NCBI GenBank assembly: GCA_035084275.1
Contig: CM068757.1
Location: forward strand, 3,658,001-3,722,000
Source of the DNA: Hydrolagus colliei
Taxonomy: Eukaryota
Length of the DNA stretch: 64,000 nt
Reading direction: 5' to 3'
In this document: positions 38,556 to 51,900 of the stretch, in pieces
How positions within the stretch are numbered: position 1 is the first letter of the stretch
Layout: each line of letters starts with the position of its first letter
Notes under the pieces: model-generated
The model's input: only the letters and a program-made list of their open reading frames with translations
What the model was told of the DNA's origin: nothing
The model's database searches: none
Translations under genes and position numbers: made by a program

Positions 38556-40579
38556 TTGGAAGCCTTCCTCCAGCCAGGTCTTGTTCCTCCCACGTCCAAC
38601 TATGATTCGGATTTCTCTCTTCCAAAGAAGATCAAATGCAACTAGCAGCACGATCTGAACTTGAATCACTCAGGCACAGCAATGCTGCGCTGCACTGGAT
38701 TGGCCCATACATAACAAAAGGGATATTCCATGTGAAATACTTTGTTTTTTAAACGTTTTTTGAACAATGTGCTATGTTTGTGCTACAATCCGATTGATTT
38801 TTTTACATCATGGTGGAAAAGTTAGTTAGCGCTTTGCGTTAAACCGTGAGGTTTAGTTAATGTTAAAGTTATTATCTCTGACCATTGACATAACTTGAAC
38901 ATATTTGCAAATATGGAAGACAAAAATCAAGTCCCATGGCTTTCAATTAAATATTGCATGGGGGGGGTGGGGGGAGGGAAACTTTGTAATGTCATGTCTT
39001 TTCATAGAATTAAATAATGAGCGAAAAATTTGCTCACGTTGAAGACTACAAAATATTTCACCGTCAAAGATTGTAACAAAATGATGGGATTGACCTATTG
39101 AGGTCCTGTACATGGGAAGGTGTTCAAAGAATAAAAAGAAGCGAATGGAACCTTCTCGACAACAGAAACTAATACAGAATAGTCAAAATCCAGTTTGCTT
39201 TGTAACATCTGCTCTCGTTTGTTCAGCCTTTACACACAAGGTGTCTTAACAAAAGCAATATCTGCCACATCAGGAGGATGTCTCAAAACATGTTTTTATT
39301 GTACAGTTGCAATGATTATAGTTTTGGTTGGCAAATGCAGCAGCCAATTTGCAGCAATGTGCCACGAACAGCCAATCACTCACTGATTGAGGAGTTGAGA
39401 AGCACTTAATCAAGATTTCACTTTTCGCGGTTTCATTCCTGTTGAGGGGGAAAATCGGGAGAGAAAGAAAAAGGGGGGATAGAAAATACACACTCACACG
39501 ATTTTCCATAACACTACTGTATTAAGATGTCATTTTGAAGAAACTATCCCCCTCATAGCCTAAGGATTAGCATAATGTCATTTTCTGGTATCTCATGAGT
39601 AATTTAAGTTTGCTACCATTATTTAGTCTGTAACCTTTATTGTATACCTGTAAGTACTTGTGTAACAGTTTTTCCTCTACTATTCTGGGAGCCAAAGGCA
39701 GTTTACAAAATAAATTAAACACTTTTCTCTCCATCATGGAGCATGAGGTTCAATGTCAACACTCTAAGACCATATCTTTCCTCAAGCATTTACACTTCCA
39801 GTGAATAACTGACTGGTTCAAGCACTCACATTACCTCTAACATAATTCTGGTATTCAGTGCTCAATGAGTTAATCCAGAAAAGAGAGTTATCTGTTTTCT
39901 CAACGCATATTCAAATCACACTGAAGCATTTACAAGAAACTTTAAAAATGTTCCTTGGCTATTTCCTGTAAGCTGGTATACATTAAAGATGTTTACATGT
40001 ACATTTTGGTTTACGATAGTTGTGAATAACATGAAAGCAATCCTACCAAGCAGAATACATCTTCTTAAATGAGACAGATTTGTGCTTTTCCCAATTATTG
40101 CAAAAGTGAATATTCAAGTTTACTTTTCAAACAAATTCTTTCTTGATGTATCTATGTTCGTGTATATGGATTATGCATTTATTCCATAAACACAAAATTC
40201 TACAGAAAGTCAGTTTTGATTATAGAGTCCATGGTAGTAATCAAATGCATTTACAAAAACAACCCACTGACACATAGTGGAACGATAGGATGGCAGAAAA
40301 ACACATATCCATTTTACCACACGCTTAAGATGTCATTAGTTTCACTTGGAGAGAAAAAACGGATCAAAGAAATTCCACTTCTGTCACTTGGGTCAGCAAA
40401 CTGTTTTCCAGCGCTGTGGGACTTCCCAACGTGAAAGGAGCTAATTTTACAAAGTGTAATTTTGTTGTTGTTGTTATTGAACAGAAACAAAATGTCTTCA
40501 TTTCATACCAAACCGATTTACGTGGGTGATAGTTGGTGCTCTAATATTGAATATAGGTCCCTGCTGTAAAGCTATAAGT

Positions 40580-40714
40580 CGCCCACAAATATACAGTCAA
40601 TTCACTTTACAGTTTATTCTACGAAGCGCTTTGAGACGTCTAGAAGATGTGAAAAGCGCTATATCAAATGCAAGGATTCTTATTATTATTATTATGTCCC
40701 TAAAATTAGTTTTT
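40580..40714 (+). mobile_element. SINE 3' tail
   Basis: cccacaaatatacagtcaattcactttacag...gaagcgctttgagacgtctagaagatgtgaaaagcgctatatcaaatgcaagg. Confidence 0.9.
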
Positions 40715-41207
40715 GTAAAGATAGAGCAAGGACTCTGGTCGACCCCTCGGCAGAGGCTGTTTGGCTGCGTTTCTGCAATGAGGGAATGAGGTACAAGGAT
40801 TGGAAATACCGGAATTAATACATTCAAAATGGGCCCTGTAAAATAAACAAAAAGTCTTCAATTTTTTTTTGAAAAAGACAAATTGCACAAACCAGATTTG
40901 TTTTGCGGTATTTTAGGATCCCAGGCATTGCTAGGGTGTTGCGTGTTTGGGTCTAAACCCACAAAATCTTCTCAGTCCCAAACTATTGCACAACCAGCAA
41001 CATCAATGTGGTCCTAAAGACACTTAAATGTCGAGCATGAATGCAACTGCACGCAAACAACCTACAGATGCAAAACATTTGTAAATGATTACTGTTTAAA
41101 AATGGTCAAGGAAAACAAACAAAAGAACAGCCAGAATACTATGCAAAAGTTGTTTAAATGAACTGACAATTTTAAGAACACATTTCCTTTTCAGCTAGGA
41201 TTTGGAC

Positions 41208-41255
41208 GGTGGGGGGGTTGGGGGAGGTGGGGGGGTTAGGGGGGTGGGGGGGGGA
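41208..41255 (+). repeat. G-rich tract, putative G-quadruplex
   Basis: Five runs of >=5 G separated by short loops. Confidence 0.75.
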
Positions 41256-43424
41256 AATCAACGGAGAACCTAACAATGTTTGCTTTAACATTTTTGGAGT
41301 AAAGAGCATCGAATCACAGATATGTTTCAGTTCCACAACTCTGAACTTGCATTTGAACAGCAATAAAATCAAGACATTTAAAGAATATCACTACTCCATA
41401 AATCTCCGGCGTACTTAACCTTTTCAGAGCAAATTGCGAAGAAACAACATTGTCGTCATAAAAACTTCCACTTAAAAACTTTCTTTAAAGTGCACAAACC
41501 TGCAGAATTTATAGCTCCCAGTGTCAATGTTTCTGTTGCAGCACGATACAGAGGGTTACAGGTCACTGAAGCCTGAGAGAGATCAAATCAGCAGTTACTG
41601 CATCAGCTGCAAACATTAACAGGTTAGTGATCAAACAGGTGGCAAAAAATAATGAAACTTTACATCTATTCAATGGAAGAAGGGGAATTTCTCAAAAAAC
41701 CTCACTTACCTTTAGGCAATTTTGAAGCTCTGTTTTAGTAGCTGGAGGAGGTTGGGTCTAATTTTCTATATATATATATATATTTTTACTCTATAATTAT
41801 TATATTGTAGTGATTACATTCTGCATTAGGCTGACTTTGAACTCGAAGTGCGCTCAAAGGAATGCACATTAATAACATATGGAATTATTTCAGCTGAAGG
41901 AAGTTCCTCCCTGAAGCACAATTAAATATCAGTGCAAACCACATTCTTTCCAATGGAAACACTGCGCCCTGAAGCAAATCCTTAGACTAGGCATAACTAA
42001 TAGGGGCAAACCAATTAGCAGGATTACAAGATACATTCATTGCACAGAAATGATTACTGGAATCCCATGATCGTACGCTTCTCCCATTTACTGACGCATA
42101 CAATGTTTGGAGATCATGTTTTAAATTTTCTATATTACTCAGCACTATTACATAAGCCACAATTTGTTCAATCACTAGAAATTATGTTAAATAGGTAACA
42201 TAGGTTTACTACTTCACCTATACCACCTGCTGTATGTGTGCAGAAGTAGAAAAATGAGTAAAAACATACCATAGTAAACACCAATGTTATCTCCTGCAAG
42301 CTTGCCTTGCACTGTAATGAAGTCAAGGGTGTCCAATAGCCTGAAGACAGAAGGCAAACCAGACTAAATTGCCAGTTCAACCTCCACCCTGCACAATTTT
42401 CACATGATGAGAAGTGGTTAACGAAAATTAGAACTAAAAATATATGGGTGTTCTAAGGGCAGAACGACAACTTTGTTTTCGTTACATTAAGCTAACTTTT
42501 TTTTGATTAAACCCTACTACGTGTGGGCATTTGTTTTTACTTCTAACAGTTCTTGTGTGTTGTTGAATAACAATTTAAAAGGCCTGAAAGCAAAATGTGA
42601 AACTCTTTGCTATGGAAACATTACAAACAGTTTTTGCATGAATTGTTCCAATGCAAATGTATTAAGACAGATGAGTTTCGCTGAGATTTTATGCATAAAA
42701 TATCAATTGTTATCACAGCAATGTAATTATATCAATTTGCCTGCTAATTTTGAAGATCTATGCATGGAGAATTTTTTGATGAACCCTTTATTTAAACAGT
42801 ATTATTTCGAGCTTAATTTGGGTTGGGCATATGGTTGAATTTCAGGTTGAGTAAATACTGAAATAGCAATAATCCAGCAATGCATTCTTGAAACATAAAT
42901 CCCATTTCCTCCAGGCAACAAAAAAAGTTTTACAATGGTGTGTTGTCAAATCAAAATACAGAGGGGACTAGAGGGAAACAGCTTACAAATCTTGAAGCTG
43001 TTCACACCATATGCATTATTTAGTTACGTGAACATTGATAATCTCTCATAGCATCAGGTCCACATATCTTTATAATAGAAACAGCCACTAAGTTTTGTTC
43101 ACTAAGAAATGCCAGATCTTGAAAGTTTAGATTTTACTCCCAAGTATTCAAACCAGAAACGTGTCCGTATGAAATATTTATATTTGCTGTGGTAACAAAA
43201 CTTCACGAGAAATGTTACTCCATCTAAAATGGGAGCAAAGTGCTAGAGTGCATTCAAGCTTTTACACACATGACCAGAGTTCATTCCTGCGAGTCTCCAT
43301 TCCGGAAGTTGTTAATTTTAGCCAAGGCAGAATAGTGGGCAAGCAACTCCCTACAGGCAGAGACAGTTATGCCATCCAGCCTCCTCCCTAAGGTGAGAAC
43401 GGTGCACAATAGAATAATACAGTA

Positions 43425-43782
43425 ATAGAATAATCCTTGCATTTCATGTCTCCTAGAAGTCTCAAAGCGCTTCACAGAATATACTGTAAAGTGAACTGAC
43501 TATGTATTTGTGGGTGAAACGCGGCAGCCAATTGTGCACAGCAGTGTCCTACAAACAAACAAACAAACAACAAACAAAACTTACATTTATATAGCGCCTT
43601 TCACGTCGAGAGGACATCCCAAGGCGTGGATTGAAATGACCAGTATATTAAAAGGTTTTTTGGGACAATCATTATTAGGCGTGTGGAGTAAGGAAACTTG
43701 CCCAAGGTTTCGCCCTGCCCTGCCTGGATTTGAAACACAGGTCTCACGCTTGTAAGGCGAGTGCTCTAACCACTGAGCTACA
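43425..43782 (-). mobile_element. tRNA-derived SINE, short form, carrying a nested L2-tail insertion
   Basis: Minus-strand head tgtagctcagtggttagagcactcgccttacaagcg; the body is interrupted at ~43558-43624. Confidence 0.92.
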
Positions 43783-44986
43783 TTATTGACTAACGACGCA
43801 TTTAACATTGCAGGATAACTCAAAATTCACTCTGTGCTTCCCGTTTTGAGCGTCAACACACTGAGGTACTCAGCGATTTTGCCTTGATAATTGTTACTTT
43901 AAAAAATAATTCTAGAGTGGATGAGTTAAGACTCAGGAGTGTACCTTGGTGTTCAGCTCAGTCTCAGAACTGCAGAAGAACACTTCCTCACTGCACGTTT
44001 TAGTTATTAAACACCCATAACAGTCAGCAGTTGATCAATTATAATTTCCTATATAGTCTATCCATGTGAGGTTAGCACTAGAGAACTGCTTTGCCTACTT
44101 TATTGAATGTGATTCATCTTCTCAGCAATGTTTTTTTTCTAATATTTACAGCAATCAAATCCAGCTCATTTAGGATGCCAAGGTAATTATAGGCTGCTTG
44201 AAATGGTTCAACTATGAATGGATGGGAGTCGGTAATAACCTCGTAATTTAATCAAATCAGCTCAGGGTGCTTCACAACCATGCAAAGCAAAGCTCAAGTA
44301 TTTTAAATACATTGGAATTTCCAAGGTTAAAAATTATAGTAAGCCTTGGTCTAATTTTCTTGAAATGGTCTCAATAACAGTAAAACAAAGTTGACACTTA
44401 GTCAGTGATTTGATCATATTTACTGAGCTAAGAAGCCTACTGTGTTATCATAATTTTAGAAAAATTCACAGAGGGTTATAAGGTATGTTGGTTTATGCAA
44501 TGAATCTATTGCTAGCTGGAATGATTCAATGAAAAATGAATCCTTTATGGATAGTGTACAAATCCCAAGGTTCAAATTAATACATCCACTCACCACCAGC
44601 TGAAACATACAGAGCAATAAAAGTGTGCCACCATTTCAATAAAATGAAAATGTAAAACATGGTGTGAAGTCATTTCGCGATGACTTTTGAAAGGCTGGTT
44701 GAGCGTCACACCGGATATGATTCACAGGAAACATTAACTGGGGAAGAGAGAGGAGAAAAAAAGAGAAAAAGATGTTTATGAAAAACCAATAAAAAGTGCC
44801 ACAGCCCAGTGGCAGAGTTGTCATCCCAATAGGGAACAGCAATGAATTGGATTGTTTATGCCAGATTTCCCTGCAGAGAAAGAAATTGTAGCTGATGCAC
44901 TGCAGATTATTTTGCAGTTCTATCCAATGACGAGAAGTGAAATCAATGTATGTAATAAGTTATATCATAGATTACACATATATATA

Positions 44987-45200
44987 CAGTAAAAGCCCGT
45001 TTATCTGTGACCCGATCAACCGTAACTTCCGTACAACCGGCACCTCAAGAAAAAAGTCCGCTTTCAATTAACCGGAATTTATCCGGAAAAATGCATTTAA
45101 AAAAAATATTTTTTTGGTGTGTTTTCGGCCGAATATCCGGCATGCGCTTTAACCGGCATTGGCCAGGTCCCGAGGGTGCTGGATAAACGGGCTTTTACTG
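44987..45200. mobile_element. Tc1/mariner-superfamily (Tigger/pogo-like) MITE, 214 bp
   Basis: Perfect 19-bp TIR CAGTAAAAGCCCGTTTATC / GATAAACGGGCTTTTACTG with TA on both sides; CpG-rich interior with repeated aaccgg/atccgg motifs. Confidence 0.93.
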
Positions 45201-45329
45201 TAATTTGAAGTTTTTAAATATATTTGCTGGGTGGGCATTTGAGATCAGCTGTTTGGGGGTTATAAAGCAATATTTCAGCATTTTACTTTGTTGAACTGGG
45301 GCGCAAAACGTTGAAATAAACTTTGCAAC

Positions 45330-45950
45330 ATGAAACAAAAATAGAAATCACTGGGAACACTCAGCAGGTCAGACAGCATCTATGGAGAAATGAAAAGTGA
45401 GTCAACGTTTCGGATCCACGACCTTTAGTCAGAACTGGGGCATGTTAGGAGGGAGAGGCTTTTAAGGACGAACAGAGAGGGAGAGGCAGGACAAGAAAGA
45501 CAAAGGAGAAAATGGGATAGAGGGCAGGCAATGATGTTAATGATGTGTTGTGTTAATGTTGAGGTGTTAATGTTGTGAAACAAAAGGGGAGATTGCAACA
45601 GAACTGGAGAGAAGAGGTGTTAATAACCTTAAACAAAGGAGTGGTGAAATTACAAAAGAACAGGAAAGTAAAATGGTCATACAAGAGGGGGAAAGTGAGC
45701 TGTTATGGCCTGAAATTATTCAAATCAATATTAAGGCCAGAGTAAGGTAAGTTCCCCAGCAGATAGATAAGGTGCTGTTCATCGAGCCTTGCACTGCAGT
45801 TCTTTGGAACAGCGTAGGAGACCGTGAATGGAGAAGTCAGACTGTGAATGGGAAGGAGAGTTGAAATGGCAAGAAACTGGTAGATTAGGGTTGTATTTGC
45901 GGACCGGATGGAGGTGTTCGGCAAATCAGTCACCCAATCTGTGTTTGGCA
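45330..45950 (-). mobile_element. Penelope-like retroelement 3' fragment (GIY-YIG endonuclease C-terminus plus 3' terminal region)
   Basis: The minus strand reads KHRLGD*FAEHLHPVRKYNPNLPVSCHFNSPSHSQSDFSIHGLLRCSKELQCK, then after a +1 frameshift LDEQHLIYLLGNLPYSGLNIDLNNFRP*, a Penelope GIY-YIG C-terminus. The terminal segment gatgctgtctgacctgctgagtgttcccag follows. Confidence 0.88.
45400..45437 (-). ncRNA. Degenerate minimal type-I hammerhead ribozyme motif within the Penelope element
   Basis: Minus strand: cAGTT-CTGACTA-aa-GGTC-gtg-GATC-c-GAAA-CGTT-GACT. CTGACTA differs from the CUGANGA core at G8. Confidence 0.65.
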
Positions 45951-47321
45951 ATAGTTTGACTGTTCAGTAGAACCAGAATCGGACCTTAGCAATCAATTTA
46001 AAAACTAGCAGAGCTGTGTTCATCCGCCAACTTCATGTATCACACTTTTTATTGCTGGAAGCTAAGCAGTAAAGAGATAAGGAAGAGAAACCATGATTTA
46101 TATTTCCCCTCCTTAATCAGATTCTCCCAGGTTGTAGAGTGTTTTTAGCATGAGCAATAAAGTCCTTTGGATTCCCACCAACACCACCTCAGGAATTGTT
46201 AAGGTGATGCTTACAAAATAGGTTATGAGAAGTGATGAGAATATCACAGCTCCGTATATGAAAGGATTAAATGCTGGACTTTTCAGCTATTTCAAAACGA
46301 GCTCAGTATCCTGATAATAACAAAAGCCACCTTTGTTGCACTATAAAAATTAACATCTATTTATCAAAAGATGTAAAATAAAAGCCTTGCACAATCATGA
46401 CTTCCAGAGGGGTATATTTATTACAATATTCACAATATTGTAAAATCGCTGCACTTAGGCAGTGACATTTACGGAACTGCAAACTTCAGCCTCTATTCAC
46501 CACTCTGAAAATAAATACTGGCATTTTATTAGCTTTTCACCAAATCACCATTTATTATACTTGCATCAATAAACCACAAATGCCCGCATGCAACCAATAT
46601 GATATTTCCCCTCTCCTGTTTATTTTAGATGTTGAGTCATAAAATGTTGACCTGTTGCAGCAAGCACAGAAATTAATATGTGGTAAATGTTGTAAACCTT
46701 AATTGTTTCACTAATGAAAGACATCAATTCCCCTTCGAGAGCTCCTTTACATTCAGATCAATGGAAATGTAGGTGGTCATTTCTTTATATCTGCTAATAT
46801 GGATTATCAAATTCTTTCCTCTGCTGGAGAGTAATACCTTAATTAAAAATAATAGGTTCTTTTAATTTTCTCTTCGAGAGGGATACAAATCTTATTGATC
46901 ATTAGTCTGCAGACACTAAGCACAGAACAGTGACTCACAGATTTAACATACTGTGCTTTTGCTCTGCTCCATCCACATTGCAAATGTCAACAACTCAATT
47001 TCACAAAGAACAAACTCATTTTAACAAGTTTAAGAAACTTGGGGGAATTATGATGGGGGGGAAAAAGTACTCCCTTTTTACTTTACTTTCCAAGGCAGTA
47101 ATTTATCAATTATTGCCAAGGAAAAGTAGCATGAGTCAGTTGCAATGTGCTACTTTTCTTTCATAACCTAATCTCGAACGTAATTTCAGCACAGCAATCG
47201 GTCGTCATTGATAAATTGTTATTGAAACAAAATGCTGAATTTGGGGCAATTCTGTGTTTCGAATAGTGGGAAGTGAGCAAGCAAGTTGGAGGGACTCCAG
47301 GATGGAGTTTCAGAGAATGAG

Positions 47322-47618
47322 AATAATAATAATCCTTGCATTTGAAATAGTGCTTTACACGTCTTCTAGACATCTCAAAGCACTTCAGAGAATATTACTG
47401 TAAAGTGAATTAGCTGTATGTTTATGAGCAAAATGCGGCAGCAACTGCCCACAAACTGTTGTGGATTGAAATTACCAGTTTGTTATTGGTTTTTTTCGAG
47501 GGATTATTATCAGGCGTGTGGAGTAAGGAAACTTGCCCAAGGTTTTGCCTGCCTAGGTTCGAATACAGCTCTCTCGCTTGCAAGGAGAGTGCTCTTAACC
47601 ACTGAGCTACAGGACTCC
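47322..47618 (-). mobile_element. tRNA-derived SINE, short form, ~110 nt downstream of the METTL15 stop, same orientation as the gene
   Basis: Head ggagtcctgtagctcagtggttaagagcactctccttgcaagcgagag...attcgaacct, plus body and (TTA)n tail. Confidence 0.92.
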
Positions 47619-47687
47619 ACAATGGAGACAGAAGGGAGAAATCAACTCACAAGTCTGATATTCAGTCAAGTTAAACATGGAGCAATA

Positions 47688-47693
47688 TTTATT
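47688..47693 (-). terminator. Candidate proximal polyadenylation signal (AATAAA) of METTL15
   Basis: TTTATT on the + strand ~35 nt past the stop codon. Further AATAAA hexamers lie near 46620, 46525 and 46420. Actual usage is unknown. Confidence 0.3.
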
Positions 47694-47727
47694 TTTGCGA
47701 GTGGTTTCATTTTACATTGGTTTTTTT

Positions 47728-48261
<534 letters not shown>

Positions 48262-48852
48262 TCAAGCAATTAAAGATATTCAGCCCATAACCACAAGGCA
48301 ACTAGATATATCTGACCATTTACACATCAAATAGTATCATTAAAGTAATGTACAGTATATTAATAATAATATTTCTATAATATAATAATGTGTAACATTT
48401 CTACCATGCCACTTAAATTTGGGGCATTTTGTCTTAACTTTTCAGGTGAATTTAGTCAAATTAATGTTCTTTACTGATATGCGTCTCAAAACATTATAAA
48501 GCAGATAATGTTCGCGGAATTGAGGATAAAATTCAATTGATTGACAAATTATTTCTCTGGTGAAAAGCGTTAAAACCTCTATGGGTGTATAAAACTCAAC
48601 CACAACACAAGTGTAAGTTAAAAGTCTTTCATTGGTTCCCGAAAATCGAAAAGATTTTTAAATTTTCAATGAGGGTTGAAATGCAAAACCTTACCCCCTC
48701 AATTTCGCTATATTCCCCAATTGCTACTTTGAGATGAATCATGTGGAATATTGTGCTGTGATTCCAAACCTCTCTGCCAATCAAAGGTACCATACACAAA
48801 GGGAATACAGACATTGTTTGCCAAAGATTACTCTACTCCTGTCAAGGCCACG

Positions 48853-48945
48853 ATAATAATAATAATCCTTGCATTTGATACAGCACCTTCTCACATCTTC
48901 AAGACTTCTCAAAGGACTTCACAGAATATACTGTAAAGTGAATAG
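48853..48945 (-). mobile_element. SINE 3' tail in the last METTL15 intron
   Basis: ataataataataatccttgcatttgatacagc...cttcacagaatatactgtaaagtgaat. Confidence 0.85.
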
Positions 48946-51900
48946 ATAGTACGATCTTCAGAGTACACAGATTTAAATGGTGCCACCGTTTGCAGGCTGA
49001 CCCTTTCCGTATGAAGCTCATGGTACAGTAAAGTGCAATGGGCTCAATATCATGCCTGTCCTCAGCTAAATTGAAAAAAACAACTCAAGTCAAGTTAAGC
49101 AACCCATTAGCCCAATTCTAGTTCTTTCTATTCTCTGGAGAAATCCATGTAAAAATATACCGAGATTTAAAAAAAACACACCAATCCTTTAAAAGGACAT
49201 CAGTACACGTTTCTTTTCAGTCAAATTTACAAACAGTTACGGAAATATTATTGAGACAACGTGGAATACCAACCTGAAACATAATATACATCTATATCAA
49301 AGATTCTATTTCAGCCAAGCTGATACAGTTAATAATTAATCTGGCTAAAAGAATATCATTTAACCATTTTAATAAAGCTTCCTATTTATCTTCAGCAATG
49401 TTATTTTTCTTAATATTGTAAAAGAGACTCAGGAACAAAAATACATTTATCTTTAGATCTGAAGCTCATGAAAAAAAAATGTTACCAGGATCTTCTTACA
49501 AAATGCTGTTTATAGACTACAATTTGAAATGTGACTCAGTGGAGGTATTCCTCTCAGCATAGCAAGCAGCTTTTTAACAATTGTTTCAAGGTGTATCACA
49601 TTCAGTCAAAGATAAAGAATTATTCTTTACAAGTTACTGTAGCATGTTTTCTGACCCTGAAAGAGCTTGTGGCAGACCTATTTTATATATCAAAAAAAGT
49701 TACTAATTGGCATATTCTTCTTAAGGACAGAGATGGTGGAGCTCCAGAATGAAGTTTTTTTTCCCACTGTGTGGTGGTCCAAGCCATAAGAATAAAACAA
49801 AATTGGATGATTTCATCCTTGAAACAATTAGCTTGAAGACTAATTAAACAAGTTAGCAGTTATTCTATGATTTGGCAGAGAGGTCCAATTTCTCAAATTA
49901 GACAATACTAGCCAATTAAACGGAGTGCATTTTTAAATAAACCATTACACAAAATATAAATGTTTAATGTACTCAGAATAAGTACCTGGATGATATTCAC
50001 CCTTTACACAGGTTACACTAGTGTATAATAATAAGCATTAGCTGGGACCCTTAGTTCTGAGTCCAATAATATCCTCTTAGAAACAAAGCAGCAAATTTAT
50101 TTGACCATAGCTATAAATTGAATACTGACACTCTTAAATATTGGGACCCAAGATAAAGGAATTTCTCAATTACACATAGACCAACCTATTGATATAGTGA
50201 CAGAGCACCAAAGCTGCTGATAGTAGCAGTAGCTCACCACAGATAGTAATTAATTTGCTGTGTTTGGTGAGACCAGCCACGATTGTATTTTGCCATGGCA
50301 AGCTGGGCTTCCAGCCCACCTATATATTCAGCCATTCACTCAGATCACTTTATTTTGTTGGTTTGCCTTGGAATGATCATGATTAATGGAACAGGGTACA
50401 CAAAACAGAAGTGTCACCTTAGAACAGTGGCGTGCATGGAAGACAAATTTTCTTAAACACGAGGCATAAATGTCAGGTGGTAACCCCAAAATTCAAACGT
50501 TAGAAGCATAACATCAGCTAACTCACACAAGCCTGGACTCAACAACCCATTGCTACTGTATAGAAGCAGATTGAACCTCAACTTCTGGACAATTCTCAAA
50601 CCTAGATTTTCTAAAACTATCATAAATGTTCGGGGGGTAAATTCTTGGCATATTTGTTGCGTACAAGTTCAATACCCTCAGCAACAACAGACAGACATCC
50701 CTTCACTTCCTTTCCATTGGCTAGATTCCAAATCAGACTCTGGAGCTGGTTCGGAAAGATATGGTATGCAATCCCATTACACAACACCGAAACAAACTTC
50801 GGAGTAATGATAACAATTTGCTTTTAAATAGTGCTCTTCACAAGGAATGTTTGGTTGTGCTGAGATCTAGCACTTATAAGGAACAGGAACAGCTTTTACA
50901 TTGAATTGATACTATAACACAATTCCTACTGGCTTTTCGAAAGCCAATTATTATTTTTGGGGGGATGGAGTGGGGGTGGGCTGGGATCATCAACACATTA
51001 CATATTTATGGCTATAAAATTAAATTCAAATAATAGATCTGTCAAGTGCTTCACAAATGTGCTTTTAAATGGTTCACCAGTTTAGAATTTGTAGCACAAT
51101 TATCCTAACAAAATATCAAGAACGTTCCTAGAATATAAGCTTTTAATGGATTAAACTCTTTGTATGCAGCAAGCGGTTTGCAAATTACTGTATAATCCTT
51201 CAGTATCCCAGGACATTTATATTTTTCTGCTAAATATAAAGATCAGACATGCTTCTACTGAAACAAGGTATACTTACTATCTTGATAGATCCCATTCGGA
51301 ATGGCGCTAGATCTCAACGCATTGTCCAGAAATAATCACGTTTAAAACATCAACAAGTAGAAAGGGAGCCCCTTAGATAATATGCTATGGTTGTAATACA
51401 GTAACAGTGCCAGCACTGTTGATTGAAAAATGGCTTTCAACCAAACATTACTTCAGCAGAAATAACTCCAAAGGCAATTTCCATGTTCATCTGCACATTA
51501 AGGTTGTATCAAGTGGCTTCGCCTCATCCTCCTCTGGGTTCTCAGTTGGGGAGAGGGCGGGAGAGAGAAAAATCAACTCCAGTGAACATATGAAACCTCT
51601 GTGGCCATGATCACCAGATCAGCATGCAACATCTTCTGGACACAACTGAAGCAGCAGTGATACAATTTCAGTGTTCAATTCCACAAATATGGAGCAGAAG
51701 TTGGAGAACTTCCAAGGCTTAATTTCTGTGAGATGCACAGTGTGCTGGATGGCAGAGAGGAGGCACGCACACTGGAGTTTTTTTTTTTACATGGAGCGAC
51801 ATCCATGTGGTGGTCACAGTGGAATCCCCAGTGACTTCTGGATGCAGTAACTTGGGAGGAACAATATTGCAAAATGCTTCATAGTAGATAACAATAGATT

